Shown here: piece by piece, positions 54,700-64,000 of the stretch | Numbering within the stretch: position 1 is the first letter of the stretch | Layout: each line of letters starts with the position of its first letter | DNA from: Haliotis cracherodii | Taxonomy: Eukaryota | Assembly: GCF_022045235.1 (NCBI RefSeq) | Contig: NW_027266275.1 | Span: forward strand, 59,520,001-59,584,000 | Length of the DNA: 64,000 nt | Direction: 5' to 3' | Position numbers and translations under genes: made by a program | Notes under the pieces: model-generated | Told to the model about the DNA's origin: nothing | The model's input: the letters and a program-made list of their open reading frames with translations, nothing else | Database searches by the model: none

Positions 54700-54927
54700 T
54701 GCTCAATGCCGAACCGTCAACATTACCCCTCCAGCTTTCTGGGAGCTGCTGCCAGTGATTAATCCGCGGAGATCGGAGGTAGCAGACTGGATCAGAGAGC
54801 TTTGTGATTCCACCAGCGTTAGACAGGCTGTTTAGTAGCTGGTAAAGGCGCCGTGGGCCTTAAGCGCGTTTTGTTAGTAAACTATGAGAGCCTTGAAGAG
54901 TCACTGTCCAGAGGGAAAATTCTTAAG
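54700..54927 (+). other. Putative non-coding 5'UTR exon / promoter-proximal region of the GPCR (start coordinate approximate)
   Basis: Locally GC/CpG-richer stretch ending in the donor-like AAG|GTAAAC (54927/54928), giving a 175-bp intron to the acceptor at 55102. Confidence 0.4.
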
Positions 54928-55102
54928 GTAAACGTTTTGTGAAGTAGGCATTTGCAGGCATCTAACGCTGAAGGAAGGTTATGTGTGTTGTGTACACGTT
55001 AATATTATGAGCAGATTTGAACTCTTCTTTCTCTTATGTATTAGTGTGATTCATAGACTCTACCATAATCCAATCATTTGAAACTATTCTTTAACATTTC
55101 AG

Positions 55103-55363
55103 ACTACCTATTGCATATGAAGTTCGGTTTTGACTGGATACCTTACAAGCCCAAACGACTTTACTTTGGATATCTCTGCATCGCACGTTCAGCAGGCAGA
55201 TCTGATTTTCCTTCAAGACTTCATTCTTGTCTTTGGAACTGGAAGGTTAATACAAAGTTCACTCCATTTACTGGAAATTCCATCAACTGCGCAATGCTCA
55301 ACAGTTAGATATTGTTGAGAACTGATATTGTGGCCGGACACCTTCCGATTATTCAACTTCAAA
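55103..55363 (+). other. Probable 5'UTR part of the GPCR coding exon
   Basis: Pyrimidine-rich acceptor ttctttaacatttcag ending at 55102. Confidence 0.5.
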
Positions 55364-55842
55364 ATGGCAGAGTTAACTACTACTATCACGGAATTTAAAT
55401 CACTGAACACTTCAGTGATTAACGCAGCACTCCCTATTTATTTACCCACGACAATATCGCCGACAAATACTACTAATGCTACCATGGACCTGAACGGGAC
55501 AACTGAGGTGTTGTACGACAATAACTTTAACTTACCTTGGTGGCAACAACTTCTGTTCATAACAATGTTTGTGGCAATGTTCGTTGTGGCTGCTGGTGGC
55601 AATATTATCGTAATATGGATCGTTCTTGCTCATAAACGCATGAGGACAGTGACAAATTACTTCCTTGTCAACTTAGCTGTTGCTGATGTCCTGATATCAT
55701 TGTTAAACACACCGTTCAATTTTGTGTACAATATGTACCAGGACTGGTGGTTCGGAGCTCACTACTGTAGGTTTTCTATGTTCATATCCCCCTGTGCCAT
55801 TTCTGTTAGTGTTCTGACATTCACCGCCATTGCCATCGACAG
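55364..55842 (+). CDS. TACR: First coding exon of a tachykinin-like peptide receptor (rhodopsin-family GPCR, TACR/TkR86C/TkR99D-like), covering the N-terminus to TM3; gene continues beyond the window
   Basis: ATG in caaaATGg context at 55364. N-terminus carries N-glycosylation sequons (NTS, NTT, NAT, NGT). The segment LPWWQQ..GGNIIVIWIVLAHKRMRTVTNYFLVNLAVAD is typical of tachykinin receptors, followed by W-F-G-x-x-Y-C and AIAIDR. Exon ends AG|GTAAGT (phase 2 within Arg of DRY), a known intron position in this family. Confidence 0.92.
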
Positions 55843-57420
55843 GTAAGTGATCATATCTTTCATTTTTTCACTAAATAAGCATATTTGTATTATTTTGTAA
55901 GAGTTTTGCTTTAAGGAATTATTACAAATGATCTCTTGAGCATAATGATGGTCATATTTTGTGGGGTTGTTAAATTTCAGCATATCTAACGCCGTTTCAT
56001 GGATATATATAATGATTTTTTTATACAATTCGTTTTCACAGAGCATGTCATTTTTAGTTTTGGATTTGATACCCGTGTTGTATTTATTACATGTAGGATC
56101 CCAACATTCTATTGTAGCATAACGCTTTTTAAAACAAAACCCCCATACCATAATGGACAGTTAAAGACACCTATTCTTACAACATATAACGAATATAGTA
56201 AATGGAAATTTGACCAAACAAAAATATTATACAAAAGCGACTATCTGTTAATATAAACCAACTGTGTATGACACCAACACACTGAATATATTTATTGGCT
56301 TGGCTCGTTGAAATGTCACTCAATATTATACAGATGATGTATGGTCTAATGCATACGTAAGGTATCTAGTTTATTTGGTTCCTTTTGAGCTTAATTAAAA
56401 ACGAATGGCAAAGTAATGTAACAATCAGAATGATTAGATTTCTATATATTGCAAGCGATCGTATTCCCGTAGAATGGTAACAGGTGTCTCTGTGAAAGGC
56501 ATCAACATTTTTTCCTGATGCTTTTGTTTGCGTATCATTGAAACACTGCGAAATGATCAGTATAAATTTACCATCATGTCATTTTCAAGCTGACACGCCA
56601 CTCGAACTAATTTCATAGGCCAGCTGACGCAATTTTATAGCACAGAGTGTATAAATGTGTAAGGTTTATATGTATTGCTTCTGATGCGGATGTACAGAGT
56701 TCTGATGGTATGCTTACACTGTTAGACACTTAGCATCAAAGTCATCCAGCCGGAGTAGGCGCTTCTTTTGGACAATAAATGTGTCAGAAAAAACATCTAG
56801 ACAAAAAATCCGCTGTATAATCCTGTAGATTGGCTGTTTTATACCACTGTATCTGATAGTGATGGCATAAATAGAACCATGTATATCTTTGCTTACACAT
56901 CGTGGGGAACTGTTTATTGTAATCCCTCATGTTATCTTTCTGAGAAACAGCCCATATTATGATCTGAATAATAAGCCTGTGTTAACTGTCAAGTCGAAAC
57001 AGCCTTATACTTCTAACCTTGTACCCACTTTTTCCCCGGAAAGGTGATTTGACCCTTTGAAGAGAAACTCCGTTCAACGGTCTGGTACTCAATTTCACCC
57101 TATATGTGTAGGTCTAGACATTGTAATTAGTAGACTGCGAAACTGGGTTATCATATCTCTGTAATTAGGATCATCATTAACTGCTAGATTGATATACATA
57201 ATACATTTTTTGAGTTAGTATGCAAAACAAGTTCACTTGTCTGGAATCATGCTCGGACTGCCAATTTACGTGAGCCTAGTCCCTCTTTCAAGATAACGGC
57301 TTAAAACGCATTCCTACTTTTTATAGTTGGCGGTAAATACCTGTAAAAATAGTTTTTAAGCCTTTTAGTCTTTCTCGGGTTTTTTTTCTTAGGTAACCAA
57401 TTCTATACACAATCTTATAT

Positions 57421-57528
57421 GGGCGGCTGGGTATCTCGGTGGTTAATTCTCCTTCACGTCTGGCCAAGGCCAGGGTTCGTTTCCCGGGAATATTGCTAAA
57501 AGCGGCGTAGAATCGTACTCACTCACTC
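57421..57528 (+). mobile_element. SINE family A, internally deleted, in the GPCR intron
   Basis: Diverged head joined to ggaatattgctaaaagcggcgta..actcactcactc. Confidence 0.75.
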
Positions 57529-57667
57529 ATTAAAACTTAAATTATGTATTAGGCTGTGAAGACTGAAGGTAACTCCTCTAAAATATATTTAGATACCTAC
57601 ATATGTGAGTAGTTAGAATTTCCTAATTGACAATGTCTTTGTTAAAGTATAGGGTGGAATATTTAGA

Positions 57668-57830
57668 GTGAGTGAGTATGGTTTTACGCCGCTTTTAGCA
57701 ATATTCCAGCAATATCATGGCGGGGGACACCAGAAATGGGTTTCACACATTGTACCCATGTCTGGAATCGAACCCAGGTCTTCGGCGTGACGAGCGAACG
57801 CTTTAAGCACTAGGCTACCCGACCGCCCCC
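57668..57830 (-). mobile_element. SINE family A, full length, in the GPCR intron
   Basis: Near-identical to the 10033 copy; TSD ggaatatttaga / ggaatatatttaga. Confidence 0.92.
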
Positions 57831-58469
57831 GGAATATATTTAGACAAGTAGTAGGAACCCCATATGTACTTTTCGTGCACTTCTGCTAGCTGATCTGTTT
57901 CATTTTGCGTCCGAATCGTACTTTTTACTTAAGTAAAATCCAAGAAAGGACACTTTTCCAACAGGTTTAACCTCAGTTTTAGATATACACATAGCCTCAT
58001 TTCTTTCAACAACGTCAAAATATCTCCTTAATATCTGTCCATCGAGTTGGAAATCGAATAAACAACTAAGAAACCATACCAAGTGTCTTATCTGGAACTG
58101 TGCACAGAAATTATTAATAAGTTATGGGAGCCTTTGCAGTAAACTGTAAAAGAGGAATGATTTCGATTTTCAAGTCACTTCTGTGCCTAAAGTACACCAT
58201 CAGCGTCATCTGATAGCCTCTGCATTTCTCAATTGCTTATGTAATAGCTTAATTAGACGATGTCTTACAGTACATTTTATTCAAATGTCACGGAAACACA
58301 CATTTCGCTTACATTTTGCTTTTCTATCAATGTTTCACCATCATCGGTCAGATTAAGTCTTTCCTGAGAGTTTGTGGTAGACACTCAGTAGGATTCGCAG
58401 AATAAGTCACGTCTCTTGTCAGCATGATGCTATCGAATTTACATGGAGGTTTCATATCTCCTTAACCCC

Positions 58470-58615
58470 CTGCACTTGCTACCGGTAGAGCAGGACATAC
58501 CTTCACTTTTTGCGAACACCTGATGTCATCACTGCCTGTTTTGTCATTTACGCCCTATGGAATCTGTTTCGGCAGATAGTCGACTGATTATTTTTCCGGC
58601 GTTGGCGTTTTGAAT
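58470..58615 (+). mobile_element. Retroelement family F, 3' UTR fragment
   Basis: accggtagagcaggacata..tgcgaacacctg..tatggaatctgtttcgg. Confidence 0.6.
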
Positions 58616-58656
58616 TAAAAGAAGCAATTACTCTTCTATACGTATATATTTTTTTT

Positions 58657-58856
58657 GTGAGAGTGAAAACCATGTTTGATATATGCCACGATAACTTCAC
58701 GTGCAGACGCACAGGAGTTGCTTATCGTAACATAAAGCAGGTTTATTATATGTGCAGTGTTTTATTTACGATAAACAACGACCACGAGTATGTATTTTAT
58801 GTGAGAGTGAAAACCATTTTTGATACATACCACGACAACTTCAAGTACAGACGCAG
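58657..58856 (+). repeat. Local direct duplication (~55 bp, offset 144); the intervening 58714-58768 segment is repeated at ~61043-61097
   Basis: gtgagagtgaaaaccat.tttgata.. occurs twice; ggagttg.ttatcgtaacataaagcaggtttatt occurs twice. Confidence 0.75.
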
Positions 58857-60282
58857 ACCTACACGCACACACATACGCAAACAGTAATTTACTCATTGGC
58901 GCAAAGGGTATGTTTTCTTTCTGAACACCTTTCCCTACTCTTCATTTGATTACAGATATGTCCATCCTAAAAAGACAGAGTTCTTACTTTTAAGCCAACA
59001 AATTGTAATATTGCTTTTTCCACCTACTATATACATCATTTAATAATACGTGCATGTCCAGGGTGGTATGTAGCCATTATAGACAATTAATGTGACACCA
59101 ACAATCTTTGATAAATAAAAACTCACTTACAACCTTTCTACTAGTAATTGCTGCCCTGTACGTTCACAGGACACTAGTCTGTAACAGTCATTACTCTAAG
59201 AAGATTTATTAAGACTTGAACTCTTGAACTCTGGAATATAAACGATTTACGAAGAAAACGTCACACTTACACTCGTGGAAGTCCGGAATGAATGCTGTAG
59301 ATCGGTTGTAACACAGCTCTGGTATAAGCCAAGACTTTGCAAACATAGTACATATTATTTTCTGTGCCCTCTTAACAACGCACGCTCAGCAATATACAGG
59401 TACCACATACATGTCAACCTTTTTACCTTTCGGTTACTTTCATACTCGGACCTTAGTGGATGTTTGGAACATTGTAACACTTATATACTCTTTTGTGGTG
59501 TTGTTCGTGTTCTGTTTCTTTCTGTAAACTTGATATATAATGGGTAGGTTTCTCGGCAGGATAAAGCCAACGGATAAAAACGATATCCGTTGGGGGCATA
59601 TGCGGATAGAGATGCAAATATCAAAGGTCAAGTAGGGACTACTTTCACTGTTTAGTAACAAACATGGCGTCGCCCTCGTCATTCGGCGATCGAGTCAGAA
59701 TTAACCATCGGGAATCTGGATAAACTACAGGGATAATTGCTATCATTATCAAAAGAACAGTCTAATATATTGAAAATCAGTGTCTAACTGTGACGTAGCT
59801 AAGGCATTTTATAAGTTTGGGCAACTTTAGAGACATAAATTTCGAAACAATTTTGCGAGGGCACGAGGCCTAGCCAAGCGGGATCAGTAGCCATATATCT
59901 GTGCTTGTAGACCTCTGCGGCTTGAAACCTTCTCCACAAATTAAAATAGTTGGATTTGGCCGAAATATGTTTGAATTGTTACCTTGTTTCGTTTTGTCGC
60001 TGTGTGTACATCTGACTACACTTCTTATCGTTATGACAGGACAGACCGACTGTCAACGACGTCTGACCGTGGCCGTGATGTCTCATAGACTAGGGTTAGA
60101 GTAGCTTCCCTTTGACAAAGGGCAGTTGCTCTAGCGGACAGACCGAAGGATTGCCGCGAAAGGCAATTAAAAACTATTGTTGTTTTGCGTTTATGTTGCT
60201 TCGCCACTGTATAAGAAACAGATTTCAGTTGGAACTATATTGGCTACTGTCCCTGTCCGACTGACACACCACTTACCCTGTG

Positions 60283-60663
60283 ACGTAATAAATATTAATG
60301 CGCGCATTCCAGGAAAACTCGCAATGTTTCGGTAATGTATGTGAGAGAGGGAAAGCGATTTTGAAGCACAGAATTAAATAATGACATTATATGATAAAGA
60401 GGTTATCACGCTTGTGTGTTTGGGGATGGTAAATATCCTGTATTAGGAATAAACACTATGTATTTAGCTCGCCAAGGCTCGCTAAATACAATGTTTATTC
60501 CTAATGCAGGATATTAACCATCCCCAANNNNNNNNNNNNNNNNNNNNNNNNNNNNNNNNNNNNNNNNNNNNNNNNNNNNNNNNNNNNNNNNNNNNNNNNN
60601 NNNNNNNNNNNNNNNNNNNNNNNNNNNNNNNNNNNNNNNNNNNNNNNNNNNNNNNNNTTACGT
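60283..60663. mobile_element. Long palindromic (fold-back) MITE whose right arm runs into an assembly gap
   Basis: ~48-bp near-perfect inverted arms 60420-60468 / 60481-60527 around the loop tcgccaaggctc. Confidence 0.7.
60528..60657. other. Assembly gap (130 N)
   Basis: Run of N. Confidence 1.
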
Positions 60664-60772
60664 GATGTGAAAAGGTATCCTTTAAGCGAGGTCGTTTAAG
60701 TGAGTTTCATTCACGAATGGAATATTCTCAATATGAAGGGACTATAACACTAAAACACATTCCATAATAACA

Positions 60773-60803
60773 GGGCAGTGGGTTAGCCTAGTGGTTAAAG
60801 CGT
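60773..60803 (+). mobile_element. SINE family A, 5' stub
   Basis: gggcagtgggttagcctagtggttaaagcgt. Confidence 0.5.
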
Positions 60804-60814
60804 GAAGTAAACAC

Positions 60815-60975
60815 GATTCAAGATGTTCCCGAAAAAGTGAGCGTATCCTGGCACACCGGTAGTACCCGTCAGAAACGCTTGCAAAGGCTCGTCAGTTATT
60901 CTTGTGAACCAACACTGGAACTTATGTTACACGTCAAAATAGGGACTTCATTTCAGTCACAGTTGTGTTAAATTT
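60815..60975 (-). mobile_element. Family F-related 3' UTR fragment (sister copy at ~37035-37175, minus strand)
   Basis: gtgagcgtatcct..caccggt shared by both copies; reverse complement of the family F motif. Confidence 0.5.
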
Positions 60976-61890
60976 TGAAATACTCTGACATGCCAACCAT
61001 CAAACGTTTTGAACACTTTACTTTAGACATAAACGAAGAGTGGGAGTTGTTTATCGTAACATAAAGCAGGTTTATTCTACGTGCAGTGTTTTATTTCATG
61101 CACAGGTTGGTATTTCCCTAACATTCTCACAATCCTCACGTTGATTTTGACCTGTACCTTTTCCCCCAATAACGGTTGTCATATCTCTCCCGCTATTTGG
61201 ATGCGATCGTTCGGCCATTCTGTTGATATACGTTGCCCGGCTACATCTATGGGTAACAACTCACGACGTCATAAAGTTGTAAGCGCATGTTCCAATCTCC
61301 AGAAATGACGTCACGATAGAACAATGTTTTATCGTGAAATAAACCACACTTCTTTGTTCACTGTGATTTATCGCGTAGCTTTTAAGTCCTAGAATGCTGT
61401 TACCCTGTTTAAACAACCTTTGAGAAAGAGTCGTATGACTCTGTCTTTGAACTCGTCTTAGAAAGAGCGTGTTCGAACCATAAAAAGATGTGAAATGTAG
61501 ATACCAAAGACTGCTGGAATAATGTTCAATATAAAGGGAAAGTTGAAAGTTGACTACTGGAAAGCTGGTGTCTAGCGATTAGTTTTTTGACACTCTGAAT
61601 CAATATGCAAAGACTAAAATATGATACAAATTCCACTGGTCTCTGTTTTTCTCTCAGGGGTGTAAATCAGCGAAAGGGAATTGGCTGTGTGACAATAATT
61701 TAACGATGTCAGACCATCGATATTCCTGAAACGTCTTGGCCAAATTCCCGTGTTTATATTTTGCCAACCAAAGAAGAAATTCCGACTAATATGCGTAAAG
61801 AAAGTTGGTGGACAGTTGGAGCACATATCAGAGGGGTACACAAAGTACGTGATCTAGACTACCAGTTGTTGTGCTTTCATTTTTGTGGAA

Positions 61891-62025
61891 GACTCGGTGG
61901 CTGAGTGGGTTAGATCGCTGACTTTGAGTGCTGGCGATTAGGTACCTCACTCTGGCAGTGTGTGTTCGAATCCCGAACGGGACTAAAAAAAGAATTACGA
62001 GAATCTGTACTTTACTCAGAAAGTG
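61891..62025 (+). mobile_element. tRNA(Ser/Leu)-derived SINE head or tRNA pseudogene
   Basis: A box tggctgagtggg and B box gttcgaatccc with a long variable region; no clean cloverleaf. Confidence 0.6.
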
Positions 62026-64000
62026 CTATTCCAAATATAACATTTATTACACATGATTATGCTACATTCGGAAAGGATAATTTCTCTGGACTCAAATACT
62101 TTCTGTGAATAATTATAAAGACAGTTCCTGTTTGTAATAATGATTGTAGTTACTCTCTGTGATAGGGATTTGGTGGTCCATTTTCCTGGACCCTGCAAAA
62201 TATCTCTCCCTTTGTATGAAGCTTTGAATCCAGTACAAAAGAGGAATGGACAATTCATCAGGTCACGCCACAAGTTGATAGTATTGATGGGTGTCTTTGT
62301 CGACTTTAGGAAACTTAAGGGCAGTAGTTTAGATAAGACATTTGACAGATCATACAATGAAATGCATAACAGACGTGCAATATATGAGGACATTCTTTCA
62401 CCTAATGTTCTAAAACTAGAAAGTATGTACGTAAAAACTTCCGGGAACAAAATTAGGTGTAAAGAATTTGGATAAGTATAAATGGCATTATCGATTAAAA
62501 ACGCATATTTCTTCAATGGACTAAAATAGATGTAATGTGATCTTGGCTTCCAAATCCCTTTCTTCGTACTCGGTTCTTCACGAATAACATAACATAAAAA
62601 GACAAATTACCTTTCTATTAGTTCCTTTTCTTGGCGTACATAGCCATTCAAAAGTACTTTACTTTTAAATTGCTCTCCCTTGATATAAACTCGTAGCAAT
62701 TGTTTTAAAAATGCACATTAATACTGACATACAGATGAGCCAACGTTTATGAAGTACACATAATCATACCCAATTATCCGTAATCTGTGCCATGTTTGCT
62801 ATCGCATCTCTCTGAAGTCGGACAGCAGGTTGTCTAGTATTATATCTCAACAGCCTGCAAGGTGCCAATCGCTTGCTTTGAAAGCATGAAATTTCAGGAA
62901 AGCATCTTTGTTTCCGATCGGCAGAGCGAAGGGATCTCTTTTCTATCCCCAGTTAACCATAAACTGCATGAAATTTATAGTTATGTCAAAACTCTTTCAT
63001 GTGTTGTGTATTCATCCTTTTAGATTGATGTCTCGCTTTGCCAAAAAACATATTGATTTCATTGTTATATCAGAGACTCGGAACCATTCTGAAGATACCA
63101 AGCAGAAATGATAATCAGTGGTTAAGGGGAGTTGAGGTGGTGACGAATTACTCCTCTAAATCAGGAAACTAAACTGGTCAGTCATAATGATATGGGGCTG
63201 ATTGCATCGTAAACTGCCTCTTGAAGCAATTCCCAGGGGGGGTGTTAAGCCCCGGGTTTGTAACAAGATAACACAGATCTTGAATAACTACACTGGAATA
63301 ACATGGATAAATTCTCTTTGATGCAATACTTTGATATTTGTACCATACCTATTTCAAAAACAAAACAAAAGGAGCATCTTCCAAACTTTTAATCGTGATG
63401 TACTAAGTAGATAAATAGTATCCCTGTATCCAGTATGAGCTTAAAACAAACATCGCAAGATATCCTTAATACATGTATACGTGTGTATTCTCTGCCGCAA
63501 TACTGTTCAGGCGGTGTTAACCCACACTCGGTCGTCCTTCTTAAACAAAGGAAGATGATGTACACATATGTACATATGGTTATGTCAGCATCTTATATGT
63601 ATGTGGGGATCTAGGTGCCAGAAAGGAGTGTCTGTAATAGATTTTACCCATAATCCTAACACGGGCGAGATAACATTCATCACCTTGAGTTTTACGAACT
63701 TAAGTAGAGTATGTACAACTTTTAAACATCTTTATCATGTAACCAACGCATATGTAAATGTGAGACTTGGTCACTTGGTATTCGTTATTGATGTTAGACC
63801 TTATACCTAATCTACCGTTACCCTACATACCTCTCCACCTTCAACATTGTCCCCCCTCTCATAGTTCAAGCCTCTAGACACCCTCGCATTTTTATCTTAT
63901 CTGTGCATTGGAACAGATATAGTAATAGACACATTAATTCTGTATGAATAAAACTAGAGGATATCTGACCAGAGACGTCTGGGGATGCGGCTGCCGTATG

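Noticed and set aside
58956-59043. Candidate GPCR exon 2 (ag|A TAT GTC CAT CCT, RYVHPKK..LLFPPTIY)
   Set aside because: Phase fits, but it lacks the AI..PL motif and the TM4 Trp, is too short, and ends in a stop
61891-61984. Functional tRNA gene (also the heads of SINE families A, C and D)
   Set aside because: A/B boxes are present, but acceptor and anticodon stems do not form properly and there is no oligo-T terminator; treated as SINE heads
62016-62516. 166-aa ORF, faintly like a LINE endonuclease (NLWRDLMNC resembles GDLN)
   Set aside because: Catalytic motifs are not convincingly present

Overview
AT-rich, repeat-dense eukaryotic DNA, most likely from a mollusc. The repeat families resemble abalone/gastropod SINEs, but this attribution is an inference. 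The only clearly intact gene piece is the first coding exon of a tachykinin-receptor-type class A GPCR (+, 55364-55842). It ends at a phase-2 GT donor inside the DRY codon, has a probable 5'UTR exon upstream, and continues beyond the window. The rest contains two minisatellite arrays with higher-order structure (42/43-bp and 54-bp units), at least five SINE-like families (several sharing one LINE-like 3' tail, some with clear TSDs), Penelope-like remnants with minimal hammerhead-like motifs, MITEs and two assembly gaps. Best unexplained candidates: (1) an ordered + strand series of decayed exons at ~26.3-31.5 kb reading Ig, Ig, C-type lectin, i.e. a possible CREP/VIgL-like pseudogene; (2) a fold-back hammerhead-bearing element inserted with an 11-bp TSD into a SINE (44423-44700); (3) a SINE-like family whose head lacks Pol III boxes and can form a pseudoknot-like fold. 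All alignments were done by eye; no database searches were run.
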